Shown piece by piece: positions 24,901 to 36,900 of a DNA stretch of 64,000 bases. Position numbers and translations under genes: made by a program. The DNA comes from Tubiluchus corallicola (taxonomy: Eukaryota; Animalia; Priapulida): assembly GCA_030141605.1 (NCBI GenBank), contig JAQGDQ010002371.1:310001-374000 (forward strand), given 5' to 3'. Under the pieces are notes generated by a model that saw only the letters and a program-made list of their open reading frames with translations, did not search any database and was not told where the DNA came from. Numbering within the stretch: position 1 is the first letter of the stretch; each line of letters starts with the position of its first letter.

Positions 24901-27900
24901 TCAGCAATCTCTCAGTGATTTCTGGCCAGCTGTGTTTGCAAGAAACCAGTAAGGCTGTGGCTCCATCCTGTAATAAAATTTTGCAATATCTCTTGACTTT
25001 TTCGATAAAACTATTCAGCAGACACGTAGCCAGGGGGGAGCCTGAAAACTTCCCCTTCACTGAATTTAAAAAAAATTATGAATGTTTTGTTTCCTAGTTG
25101 TCCGATGGATCGTATTAAACAATTGAAGAATTAACGAATAAACAACATTTGATTTAATGTGCTAACATTTTTATTTGTTATGTGTATTTTCTCTTTCAAA
25201 TGCTTTTTGTGGTTAAACTTTTAAAATACTATTTATATGCTTCTTTCGCGAGAGCTTCTGAAAGCATGTGACAAACAACAGTTTCCTAAATTATGTTTAC
25301 TGTTGACAATAGGTGTTGTCATTCCAGTGTCTATAAGCACACCAGAAAGAACTTTCTCTGACTTACCTGTGCCTTATTTTCCGCGCCAATTTTCCTGTGC
25401 TATTTTTACCTGTACCATTCGTTTTTGTCTCAAAAAATTTGCTTAGCTTGAGTGCAACATTGAGTTAAAGATTTACGTTGCGTACTTCACTTTACTCAAG
25501 GCGTACCAACCTATGTTAACCCGCGTAGCTTGCGTGGTATAGTTTCAAATGTTTTACTCAAGACACTAAATTTGAATCATCTTTAAAAATTTGTCACTAT
25601 TGAACACATAATTTACGACAAGCAGTTATGAAATCTAGTTAATGACCGTAACTTGTTATGTGTGCCACAAAATTATTTATAAGAAAAAGTAACTCAAAAT
25701 AAATTTATATCTCTTGCGTAATTATGTAACTTTCGCAACATAAACTAAATAGTATAGAAGTTCAAACAGTAGCTCAGTTTTTATAGCACGCATAAATTCA
25801 TAACAATAACAAATAAAGTTATCGTTCTTACAGTTAATTTTTATGCCATTCTTTACTTATTTGTAGTAGATCCTACATGCACTTGGCGCGAAATTTGGTA
25901 CGGAATTACGGTACGATATTTTATCGTACTAGTACGATACGATTCGATTTTGTAGGTCCGGCACGGAATTATGGTACGGTATTTTTTAGAGGTACGAAGT
26001 GCGGTATTTTTCGTACCGTACCGTGCCGTACTGCCAGCCATGCCCACATGTACCTGAACAAAGACGAAATAGACATTGAAAATGTAATACAGGGGTTTGC
26101 AGACCTCAAAAAGGCACATTATTTTATAAGTTACAGTTACAAATAATTTTGTAATTTATTCTATTGTAATTACGATGAACTTTAAGTAAACTCTACCTTT
26201 AATAAAAATTGAAAACAAAACTTTACTTTTAATTATACATGGCGAACCCAATTTGTTTACGAGGTATGGGAGTGCAAACTGTATTAGACTACACAGTACA
26301 TCTATTAGTGACTACCTCATTCCCACTCCCATGGACTGAGCTCCGAAATTCAATTTAAGCATTGGACCAGATAGGTGTTACTGCCTCATTAAAGGGTGAG
26401 TACTACCTCTCGCAATGACCTAGGTAAATTGATAGATAAAACCACAGCTTGATGACCTGTAGAAGCGTTTTTCTCAGTTGGCCACAGATTGACGGGCCGA
26501 TTTGTCAGCCAAGCGAAAACCTCGAGCAGTGGCCAGTGAATGGATAGGAGGCGCCGATACAATATTCCTGCTGAGGAATTTATCTGTCATACTGCTTATG
26601 AATATTCAAATAAAAGTCTTAGTAAACTGCTCAGCCTTTTCTATTTAGAATAACCTTAAAATTGCAATGTCAAGCAAACAGGTGATTTTTATATTAGTTT
26701 GTTAACAAAGTCGATGTTAATATCTTAATACATGAGCTTAGTGACCAAGATTAAGCAAAATCATGGTTGGAGACTATTAACACCACCGCGTTCTGTGCGA
26801 TTGTATTCAAACTGTTTTCCTCTTAGAGGGACGATGCATTCACATCCGAATATGCAAAAATCATACCGGCATAGTATTACAGCTTAGAATATTAGAACCG
26901 ATAGTGATAATTGATAATTCCGCCATCACCATCCACATTAAGTAGGCGCTAGCATTGAGTATTGTAGACCAGCTTGAAAGTGCCAAACTGTATAAAAATC
27001 AACTGTTAGCTGAAAGAATGCAGTTTACGGTAGCAACATGTTTAGAGATACGAAGGGTCTACTTACGTCATTGAAGCTAGCGTTGACGCAACTCTTATCT
27101 TCTATGAGCTTTTCTACAGCTTTTACGTGGCCGACAGAAGCAGCGACTAATAATGTTGGATACGGAAAATCCTGCAAAATAAAAGAAATAAGAAAGCATG
27201 TCCGGGATTTCGCAAATTCACGGAGAGAACGTCGTTACGGTTCATTAAGTAACAAAAGATTCGTTATGGAACAGTATTATGTATCAAAGTAATACAGGGG
27301 TTGGTCTTGGTCTGTGGGTAGGCCCTGAAGACCAGACCCCAGATAGACCAGCCGTAGACCACAGACAGACCAACCAGATCTGTGACAAATGAGATTTCAG
27401 ATAAATCAGAAACCCCAGACTGATCAGCCACAAATTACACTACAGATATATTAGATTTCAAACAGATCAGTAAAATCAACCACATACCAGACCTCTGTCG
27501 ACCTTATAAGGACGTTATATTTTTAACAGCAACAACAACAACAAGAATAAACAACGGCTTCTACTAAAGTATAAAAACACCGTTGATTTGAAATTTGCAA
27601 ACAGGATTAACCAAAATGTAAGACGACTGAGAGACATGTAGTGCAGTTGATATCAAGAAACTTTTTCGATGTTTAGTAGATGAGTGTTCATACACACTAT
27701 AACTGTACAAAAATCACACGCTCAATAATTTTACTTTTTACGACAATTGTGGTTAAACGTACCCAAGGGAAAAAAGCTAAGGGTTAGAGCTAATATTAAC
27801 ACACTTGGCTATGACAGACCAAGATAATAATATTTATCTGACCTATCATAACAAAAAAACTAGCTGCTATAGCTACAAGTTACTGCGTTTCACAAGAATT

Positions 27901-28085
27901 ACCAAATTTTCAAAAGAAATAGTTCCTCTAGGGTCCAGTCGGTTTTCTTTCATTAATTCATCTAGGGCTAATCGAACATTCTCGGCTGTCACATCTACTT
28001 CTTTCTTATCCTTCTTCTTGCGAGTTCCGCATTCAGCGTCTTCAGCTTTCACTACAGGTGAGTTTTTTCTTTTTATTTCAGTCAT
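15571..28085 (-). CDS. RNase L-like protein: ankyrin repeats - long linker - pseudokinase - KEN RNase domain (~2063 aa, 9 exons)
   Basis: Exons 28085-27903, 27171-27067, 24967-24869, 24405-24301, 22629-22420, 22000-21878, 21131-16900, 16787-16631, 16548-15571. All are GT-AG with an open frame throughout. Ankyrin consensus in exons 2-6. IRE1/RNase L-type C-terminus: KSDVFISGMLSYFILTGGEHPFG, RPTIAQVLAHPYFWT, YRNTFADFIRFGRNL. Confidence 0.85.
15961..17024 (-). other. IRE1/RNase L-type pseudokinase domain (spans introns 7 and 8)
   Basis: LALK (beta3 Lys), MELCEYNL hinge, HGGLKPSNVLL (HRD degenerate), LADTG (DFG degenerate), WKPPE, GGEHPFG. Confidence 0.85.
25018..26268 (+). mobile_element. hAT transposon relic interrupted by younger insertions
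   Basis: hAT-like 5' end CAGACACGTAGCCAGGGGG. Dimerisation-domain halves LLKACDKQQFPKLCLLLTIGVVIPVSISTPERTFSDL (25250-25365) and MYLNKDEIDIENVIQGFADLKK (26048-26115). Confidence 0.55.
25876..26046 (-). mobile_element. MITE-like fragment rich in GTACG/CGTAC repeats
   Basis: Dense CGGTACG/CGTACCG units ending GCCGTACTGCCAGCCATG, inserted inside the hAT relic. Confidence 0.45.
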
Positions 28086-28958
28086 TGCATTTACATTGAA
28101 GGTAAAAATTGAAACGTTTGTTTCTCTGCTCTGCTAAGAAGCGCGCTTACAAAGTTAAAACGTTCTTAAAAATAATTATTCTAAAACGCACGCGTTCAAA
28201 CTTCTGTAGAAAAGCTTGGTTGTTTCTAGGGGAAGATTTGATGTGTTTTTCTTTGTGATGTAAGCAAATTGGGGTGCTGAGGTAGAATTTCCATTTTCAG
28301 AAGCAAAAGGCTATTAAAGAAGCGTTGCTTCTTTTAATTCAATAATAAATTGCCTCACGTAGTAACGTCTATTTTTATGCAAATCGCCCCCTAAAAAGAT
28401 TAGTGCGTAAAGGGGCTACGTACGCCAGCTCCTAAAAACATAGAACTACAAGTAATTTGTTTGTGGTACATTTGCTAACGTTCTTTTTAAAGGCGTGAAA
28501 TAACAATGTTCTGGTAATTCTAAAATTACCAGACGAAAAATGATAGATGTACCAGCTGCTACTGATCTGCGTTTTGCATAAGATAAAATATGATGGCGAT
28601 AAAAGGTTTAAGTAACAAAAACAGCAAATTTTATCACCTATAATTATGCTGTCACTGTGCCTGTACAGTTTTTTGGTTCAGTTGTCACGTATAATGACAA
28701 AAATCGCTGTATTAGCACAATTGCATATATTTAGTATAAGCCTATAACAAATTTTAAAGCACAAGATTATAAAAATACGGAAACTAAAAAAAATTCATGG
28801 GGTCATCGGAGACAGTGTTTATAGTGAGCTTCCATTTTACAGTTTTCTGAAATGCAGGCTGGCTGTTCGTCTAACAAAACTTCTTCCAAAATCTTCAACA
28901 CTAATTCAAGCGTCACTTAAGCTTGAAAAAATATCGGATAGATTGGGACACTCGTAGA

Positions 28959-29020
28959 TTCCTGGAAGATGTTGGCTTCTAGGAAATCTAAATAATCCCT
29001 TATATAATACCTACCGGGAA
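28959..29020. promoter_or_regulatory. Clustered STAT-binding GAS-like sites upstream of the RNase L-like gene
   Basis: TTCCTGGAA (28959-28967), TTCTAGGAA (28977-28985) and one-mismatch TACCGGGAA (29012-29020), about 0.9 kb 5' of the ATG at 28085. Confidence 0.4.
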
Positions 29021-29286
29021 AATCGTTGGAGGAAGAAGAAACGCAGTTTATCCTAGTCTTCATCCATATATTTATTAAATGAGACTAGCTCTGTTTAACT
29101 TAAGCCTTTAAGCTGGCTATCATTACCACGTATACTCAGATATTTTCTGACTTTGAAATAAATATATCGTGGGAGACAGAATTAAAATTTAGAATAGCAA
29201 AAACCGTTCAAAAACATTTTATGCGCGAACGATGAACTATACAAGTAATGTGGTTATTGATTACATTCCATGTGCATAATTTCTCA

Positions 29287-29410
29287 TTATCCCCTCGCAA
29301 CAAAATTGCATGAGAGGATATAGTAATGCCCTCTGTTTGTAGCTGTCTGTCCATCCAAGTGTGCGTCCGTTATTCCGCCATTTGCTTTGTGGACAAATTT
29401 CAAGCCAAAT
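29287..29410 (+). mobile_element. HINE/DINE-1-like short element 5' end
   Basis: TTATCCCCTCGCAACAAAATTGCATGAGAGGATA hairpin followed by a GTCT/GTCC-type microsatellite, the usual Helentron-associated element layout. Confidence 0.4.
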
Positions 29411-30649
29411 CCATAAGCAAGCCGTCGACTTTAATTGGGGTCTCAGTGTCAAAGGTCAGAGTCACAGGATCTATTGCACATAATAGTACGACGGTTCGTT
29501 GGGAGGAGATGGTCGCTTTGCGGTCCATGTTTACTTTGCTGTATTGTTGAGAGAAGCCATTTGCTGACCATTGTAGAAATGTAGAAACGTTTTCAAAAGT
29601 AGCGTTTTGTAATAAGCCATAGAAATCTCTCCAAGAAACCCGTACTTACAATTTCGCAAAATATATTTGAGCAAAATTTTGAAAACGTCGGTTGGCTGAG
29701 ATCACTAAAACGTCGGCAGCGGGAAGTAAGCTAATTAATAGTGTCTTATTCAGTATATGTGCAGTCAATAATTCATTCAAAAATATATTATATTATTATT
29801 ATTATATTAAAATTATTAATACAAATTAATTAATAACAATATTTATTCATTAATAGTTTGCCATTCAGTTAGCTGGTCACCCATCAATAAGCAGCCAGTA
29901 ACTGACATTTCTGGCATAAAAAGTAATAAAAAGGCCAAAGATTCACAGTAATTTAGTACTTAGCATTCTGTTACCTTAAAATGTTTGTGCTTTCCCTATA
30001 ATTATTAATTATGGCATAAACTTATGCTCTTACACTTTGTCAAATTTTTTTATAGCATTGCCTATAGATCTAATGTATTTGGCCTTGCATATTTCATTCA
30101 GTGAAAGCCTCCATGAATATAAAAAAAATATGTACCTCTTAGTTATTAAAGCAGTTTCCTGAGGCAGTCAAAATATTTCATCTGGTAAATACTACAAGAT
30201 TTACTAGTGCACAAACACAGACACACAAATATATTCATTTATTTCTTCCTACTATAACAAATCACAAATTAAAGAAATACCTAAACCTCAAATTGAAGCA
30301 AAAAGCAGACACCTTTTATTTAAATCAACACTGTTTAGCATATCAGAATATTTTAATGCTAATTAGTCAACAATATACAAGTCTATGTTATTAGCTTAAT
30401 TTTATAGTAGACTTTACTTGAATTGTACATACGACTAGAAACATTAAAACAGACCCAGTGAATTGTTACTCGTTGGTAAATTAAAAGAGCCACTAAACAA
30501 TTATAAGAGCAAGTATTTCAATGATAAAATTATTTCTACACTATAAATGCAAATATGATGCATACAGCAAAACCACAGTACAAGATTATGCAAGAATGTA
30601 AAAATGTCTAGTTATCACAGTTTTCTTTATCTTTCCAATGTTTGATTAT

Positions 30650-30905
30650 TCATTCTGCAGAGATAAAAAATTGCTGGAACTTTTTGAAGTTGATGAGGTT
30701 GTCATCATAATCGGTGCATTGTGCAATAACCTGAAATAAATTTAATATTATTTATAACTAACTGTTTCTGATGTTGGACAGTAAACTGTACTCCATCCTT
30801 GATCAAGCCTGGCAATGTACTGTTGTTCAATCATAAGTGCTATGCTATGTTAGTGTATTTTGCTTTATATATATATATTTATGTATATATATATATTTAT
30901 ATATA

Positions 30906-30938
<33 letters not shown>

Positions 30939-33900
30939 CAAGTATATAATACTTGTATGTTTAAGAACATAAAAGTACCAGAAAACAAACATCTTGGTTA
31001 TCATCACCGAGTTTTCTTCCTTTTGGTCAAGTAACAATCCAGCAAACAAAGATATGAGTGATTTAATTAGTCAGAATCAATAATTTGTGAATTTTTACAG
31101 ATCATGCTAACAATTAGTTCTATCAAGACATGTTTCTAGGTTTTTTTGATGACTCAGCCATTTTTAATAATTAAAGGTGTTTTTCCAGCATGTTTTTCAT
31201 GCGTGTACTATCTTACACATGCATTATGCAAGTACGTATCTCTTTAGACATTTTCCAAAGTTATGCAAAAGAATGAGTTTAAAACAATTTTTTAAAATAT
31301 TTACCAAATCCAGTATGTCATCGTCCAAAGGAATATTGGCACGTCGACAAAGGACTTTCAGCTCATTTTTCTCAATGTAGCCAGATTTGAATCCACTCCT
31401 AAAAGAACAATTTATACCAATCAAACTTTTATCTTAACAGATTTGCCGTCATTAACACGTACATATACTTGCTTGTGCCAAATGCTTGTGTTGCCTCGAC
31501 CGAACAATATGACTTTTTTGCACAAAATATCAAACACCAAAATACCAGTTTCTGGTGTAATGGTAAAAAGTTACTGCAAGGCTTATAATTAAAGCACACT
31601 TATCAACACTGTTTACTTTGGAATTTCAAACTTAATGCTTTCCTCTTACATAGTTGTAAACACTTATGAAAGTTCAACTCTATGGCTCATTTAATTAGCC
31701 TTGTTAGCCCATACTGCCCAGGCTTAATTACCTATAATTATCTGCATTTAAAAACTCCTTTTTCAAAGCATCTTTCTGCATTGAACACCACTGTTGTAGC
31801 ATTTTTTGAACACGATTCAGCAACCTTTCTGCATCATCATCTTTTCTGAAATGTATAAATCTATAAATTTAACTATATTAAATTTAATCATCCTATGCAA
31901 TATGCATAGGGAGATAAAAGATGTTCATTTTAAATTTGTGAGTTAAAAATTGCAGCTTCTGACACCAGTTTTATTGCATTTTACACAGACTACAATAATA
32001 TTATCTACATATAATATATGTGTTATATACAGACAGGATAATAATCTCGAATGCAAAAAATTCAAAAACTTTTCAGGCTATTTAATCTTAATAGCTGTTT
32101 CTCTAGACAACCTGATAATGTACCAACTTGAATTCAAAATATTGCTATCAGTGTGCAACTGGAAAAAGTACGAAAAGTAGGGTATGAATGAAACATACAT
32201 TTATTCACAGATGCCAAAAAAAATGTCTCATCAACTTAAGAGCACTAAGTGAACTTATACAGCTTGCTCAATAAGTGCTAAATGAGTCTCAGAAGCTTTT
32301 AACCATGTAAAATAAAACTAAATGTCTTTATGTATTTAATTTTCCATAATGCCTTAATTCAAATACACTGAAAAGGCCATAGCAAACTAACAAATTATCA
32401 ACAGTTGAATATTATTGAAACAATCATGTTCAAAATACAACTACATTTAACACAGTTCCAGATTATCTTGTACTTACTTATATGCAGTAGACCCTTGAGA
32501 AGTTGGCCCTTGTTTCTCCAAATGAGCTTTTAATGACAGCACAAGAGACGCTATTAAAAAATACAGCCAGGAACTTTAAAATATTGAAAAATCTTACCAG
32601 AAGGTAAAAAATAACAAAGTAACTTTAAATAAGTATGAGATGAAATAAAACTGTATGAATAGATACCAATTTAATTTCATTCACTAAAAAATGAAATTTG
32701 CAACAACACAATGTTTGATTTACGCTTTTGTAAAGATGAAATATTATGGTATTAAATTTTTAGAGTAAATGCAGTTTGCAGTAAATAACTTAGGCAGCAG
32801 AATCATAGATCTTTGTGAGTTGCATTCTAAGCTTGGATGATCCTTTCTTTAACACACAGACATGTCAACAAACTAGGCTATTACCATGCAAGCTTTAAAT
32901 TGTATTTACCCGGAAATTTGTCCTTGTGTAGCTCTACATATTTTACTACATATTCATCAACATCAACAATTTTGAAGCGATTGTTGAATACAACTATTAT
33001 GCTTCCAATGTCAAAATCCTGAGGTCCATAAAATTCAGGATTTTGCACTGATGATCCTGGCTTTTGAAGCCTTGTTCGTTCTAAAAATTTCCCTGAAATT
33101 TATTTAAATGGATTCAAGATAAAATGCTATTATGATGACATTGAAAAGTTTTTTACCTGATAGTAGAGACAACAGATATATGAATGAAAAACAAAATGTA
33201 CATAGTTGTAGTTGGATGTTTTAGCCTAAAAATGACTGTTTCACATTATTTTTCACATTCTAAGAGTGTGCATATAACTTACCTCCAAGAATTCCTGAGT
33301 TTCTCACAGGTGGTTCATATATTGTGACCATGTCATCAGCAAGTCGGTATGAAATAACGAACCTTCTGTTTTTGTCCTCTTGCTTGACTGTATCCTAATC
33401 CATGAAAATATTAATATTAATTCACAAAGATAGGGCAAAAAGTTGTTTTAACAACTAAATTCGAATATGTAACTCAAAAACAGTACGGCATGCATTTCTC
33501 GCTAAAATTTCTGAAGTCCAGATAAAAATGAATCTAATGACAACAAAAGAAATTAAGCACTATATCAGCAATATTACATTTATCAAATACGTACAACATA
33601 ACTGAAATGGTATAAAAGAACTTACCAGAATTGCAGCATAACGCAAGACATTATGGTCATTTTGCAACATCTTAACAACGTCTTTCTTGGGTGGTTGAGG
33701 TATAAGTGACAGACATGATTGCAAACTATCTTCCACTGAGCCGAAACCAGTGTAAGGTGGTACTTCCTAAAGAAAATGTGAAAAAAAAATCAGAAAAAAA
33801 TATGACTAAAAATTATTGAGGTTTTTATATCAGAACATTTTAATAATAATAATAATAATAATAATAATGCATTCTTAAATCAGGGAAATCAAAATCTCGC

Positions 33901-36900
33901 TAGATACACTTATAATGGTAATATGGATAGCTTAGTTAAAACACGTGAATTTTTCATATGAAAAATATATGTACAGAGCTGTTATTCAAAGAAATGAAAA
34001 TTGTGATGGTTGTAAATGTTTGTAAATTGAGAATGGCTTGTTTTGTGTACAGATATACAAATAATTTACTACCAAATACCTTCCAGTAATTTCGAATAGA
34101 GATTGATGTTCTTATAAAACAAAACTGCTAAACGATTGTCATTTTCATAAATGTAGAACTAATGTAAAATTACAATTGCTGATGTGTAGACAAATTATGC
34201 AAGGAATAGAAAACTATTAATATTAATCAAGTTACTATGGTCTAGTCCCTAGGCCATTTCTTACCCTAGAAAAATTGTTTATTTTTGTTGACTTTTTTCA
34301 GCAATAGACCTGGATTTTAATGTGTATCAAATAAAAGCCCTGTTAGATAGTTCTATCTTGGGCAAATATGGTAAAATGTGATAAATAGATAGCATACAAA
34401 ACAACAAATTCTATTGTTAATGCATTAGAAGAACATGCATTCCTGCTTCGTAATGGTATTATGTAGCACACATCTACCTTCTTCACTACACGTTTCTCTT
34501 GTCCGATGATCTTCTCTCTATCTATTGGTGTAAAATCTGAGATGTCAAAATGTGCTTTATAAAAATCACGAGTATATGCATCGCAGTCACAAATCAAGAA
34601 CCTAGTTAGGAAATATAATTTATGCCATTAAAAGAAGATTTCATTACGTTGTTCATTAAGTTATAGTAGTTCATTAATTATAGTTTCTCTGATGTATGCA
34701 TGTAACTACTTATATTAGATCATATCGTAGCGATGATCTAAGCAATATGATTGCAACAATAATTATTATTGTGCAGGTCTTCATTAAAACCCTTTCAAAA
34801 CTGCTCAACCAAAATGGTTACACGTAGCATTTTAAGAAAAAAAAAGAAAAGTGCGCACATACACAAACTTTCAATATACCAGGACATTCTCATTAACTTT
34901 AAAAACCCTTACTCAAAAAAAGACAGCTGGAGGTGTGGTTGTGTGTGGAAGTTTTAAAAATGCTGACATTACATTAGTGCATTTAGTCCTGAAGACACAA
35001 CCCACACCTTTAAATCAAAAAAGTCATGTATGGATTCACAACCATCCACCTTTAAATAGTTAGTGCAAAAAAGCCGGCCACTAACGAATGTAGGTAAAAA
35101 TGGCAACAGAAAAAATGGCACGGTAAAAATGGCACAGAATGAAAATCACACAGGAAAAAATGGCACACTTAGTAAAGTATGCGCTTAGGGTTAGGGTTAC
35201 AGTGGGGATAATTATTTTAGTTATTTTTACCTCTGCCAAAGAAGTTACTTTCAACACAGTTTGTTTGTTTGTTTGTCTGTTTATTTGGTTGTCTTTTGTC
35301 TGTTATGGTAATAAAAATATTACACAAAAACTATCTGACAGTTTTCCAAGAAACTCTGTGAACAAAAGTGGGCATAGGGTACTGAAGTTGGAATCTTTTC
35401 GTCGGTTCTTTTTTCTCAAAGCTTGACCGAACACCATATACAAAAAAACATTTGTGGAGTGCTTCATGGGGTCTTGGAGGGAGTGTTTAGTACTTCTTTT
35501 TTGTTATCTCCACTGGACACACAACTACGAGTTAGTTCCAGCTGCATTTTGAAAAATTCTGTCTTGTAAAACTGTGTACCACACTGCACCAGAAAGTCAC
35601 TTTCACACTGCACACTGTCTATACCATTGGCTTATTAGTGTGTATAGGCTTATAAGGTAATTTGGTATGTATATATTTGTCAGTCTATTACCATCGCCAA
35701 AATTAATGGTGAAAAGTTGGATAAACACCATGTGGAACACTCGTGCATTATTGACTATAAATCCATTTAATGAAAATTTTTTCCTGTTCCATTTTTACCT
35801 GAGCTATTTTTTCCTGCACCATTTTTTCCTGTGCCATTTTTACTGTGCCATTTTTACCCATGCCATTTTTACCGCATATTGGGTACTAACTAATGACTAT
35901 CTCGTTAAGTCTTTAAGAAGGAAGTTTCAGAAAAGGTGACAAAATAATAAACATTCTAGAAGATGATAGTGAACACTTTTCTGAAAAGACTAACTGTTTC
36001 ACGTCATTTTTTATTTTTCCTGATACTTTACAGGAACCATTATGAGGTTATAGGCCATATATAAACACATTATTTCATTTAACCTCCAAAAGCATAATTA
36101 CTTTCTGCCATAAATGACAAGAGAGTCCCCAATGCGAAAATCTTTTGGTGTGTACCACTCAGAAATGTCACTATCTGTCACCTCCATTGCTATGGTGGGA
36201 AACAATGCTGTAATTAGAATAAAGAAGTACATCAAAAACAAAAATTAGACACTGGTAATTAGTAATTTTAAGAAAACACTGAGATGTTTAAGCAACAAGT
36301 ATTGGCTTACATGGAAGTTTTCCTCTGTTTTTTGCAAGTTTTTGCCTTCGCATCAGAACTGGAAAAGGGTCCCTTCCATTATTTGCTGAATGTTGTTCTC
36401 TAATTTCTACTGTGTCATCAACTAAATAGTACTAAATAGAAAAGAACAATAAATAAGAAACAAGTAAAATTATATTAAATGACATTAAATGAATGCCCAC
36501 TAGTCCAAAGCAATTTTTGTTAAATCAAGATGCATTACATAGACAAAAACAACAAAATTTCTCTTGAATTTAATTAGGTACTACCTTACAGAACTATCAC
36601 ATGCATGCAACATTTTTTAATTAAGCTATATTGAAACTTATTAACTTACATGAAGAACACAAGGTCGTACTTCGCCAAACATGCTATCCCTATCATCCCA
36701 AACACAATAAAATCGTAAAACTTTTCTATCCAATTCCAGAAACTGACGAGTTTTATCAAATGTTGAGGGTGTTTTGTAGTTAGCAATAGCAGTTCTCTTT
36801 GCACGTGCTGTTGTATATGGATCATCTGGGATCAGTTCAGGATCATTGAGTTCAATGCCCTCACTTGCCATGAATTCCTGCAAAAGCCGCACTAATAAAA

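Larger units (their letters stand above)
21878..27171 (-). other. Ankyrin-repeat domain (~5.5-6 repeats over exons 2-6)
   Basis: PTLLVAASVGHVKAVEKLIE, GATALLVSCKHSWPEITERLLKAGADVN, GSNAIMMATKNGNAANFSLLI, GETVLIIAAERGWESCVDFLL, GNSALHLAAENGYPAVLLKLLEAKCN, GITPVCLAL. Confidence 0.9.

Noticed and set aside
35186-35200. TTAGGG telomeric repeat
   Set aside because: Only about 2.5 units inside a MITE; not a telomere or interstitial array.
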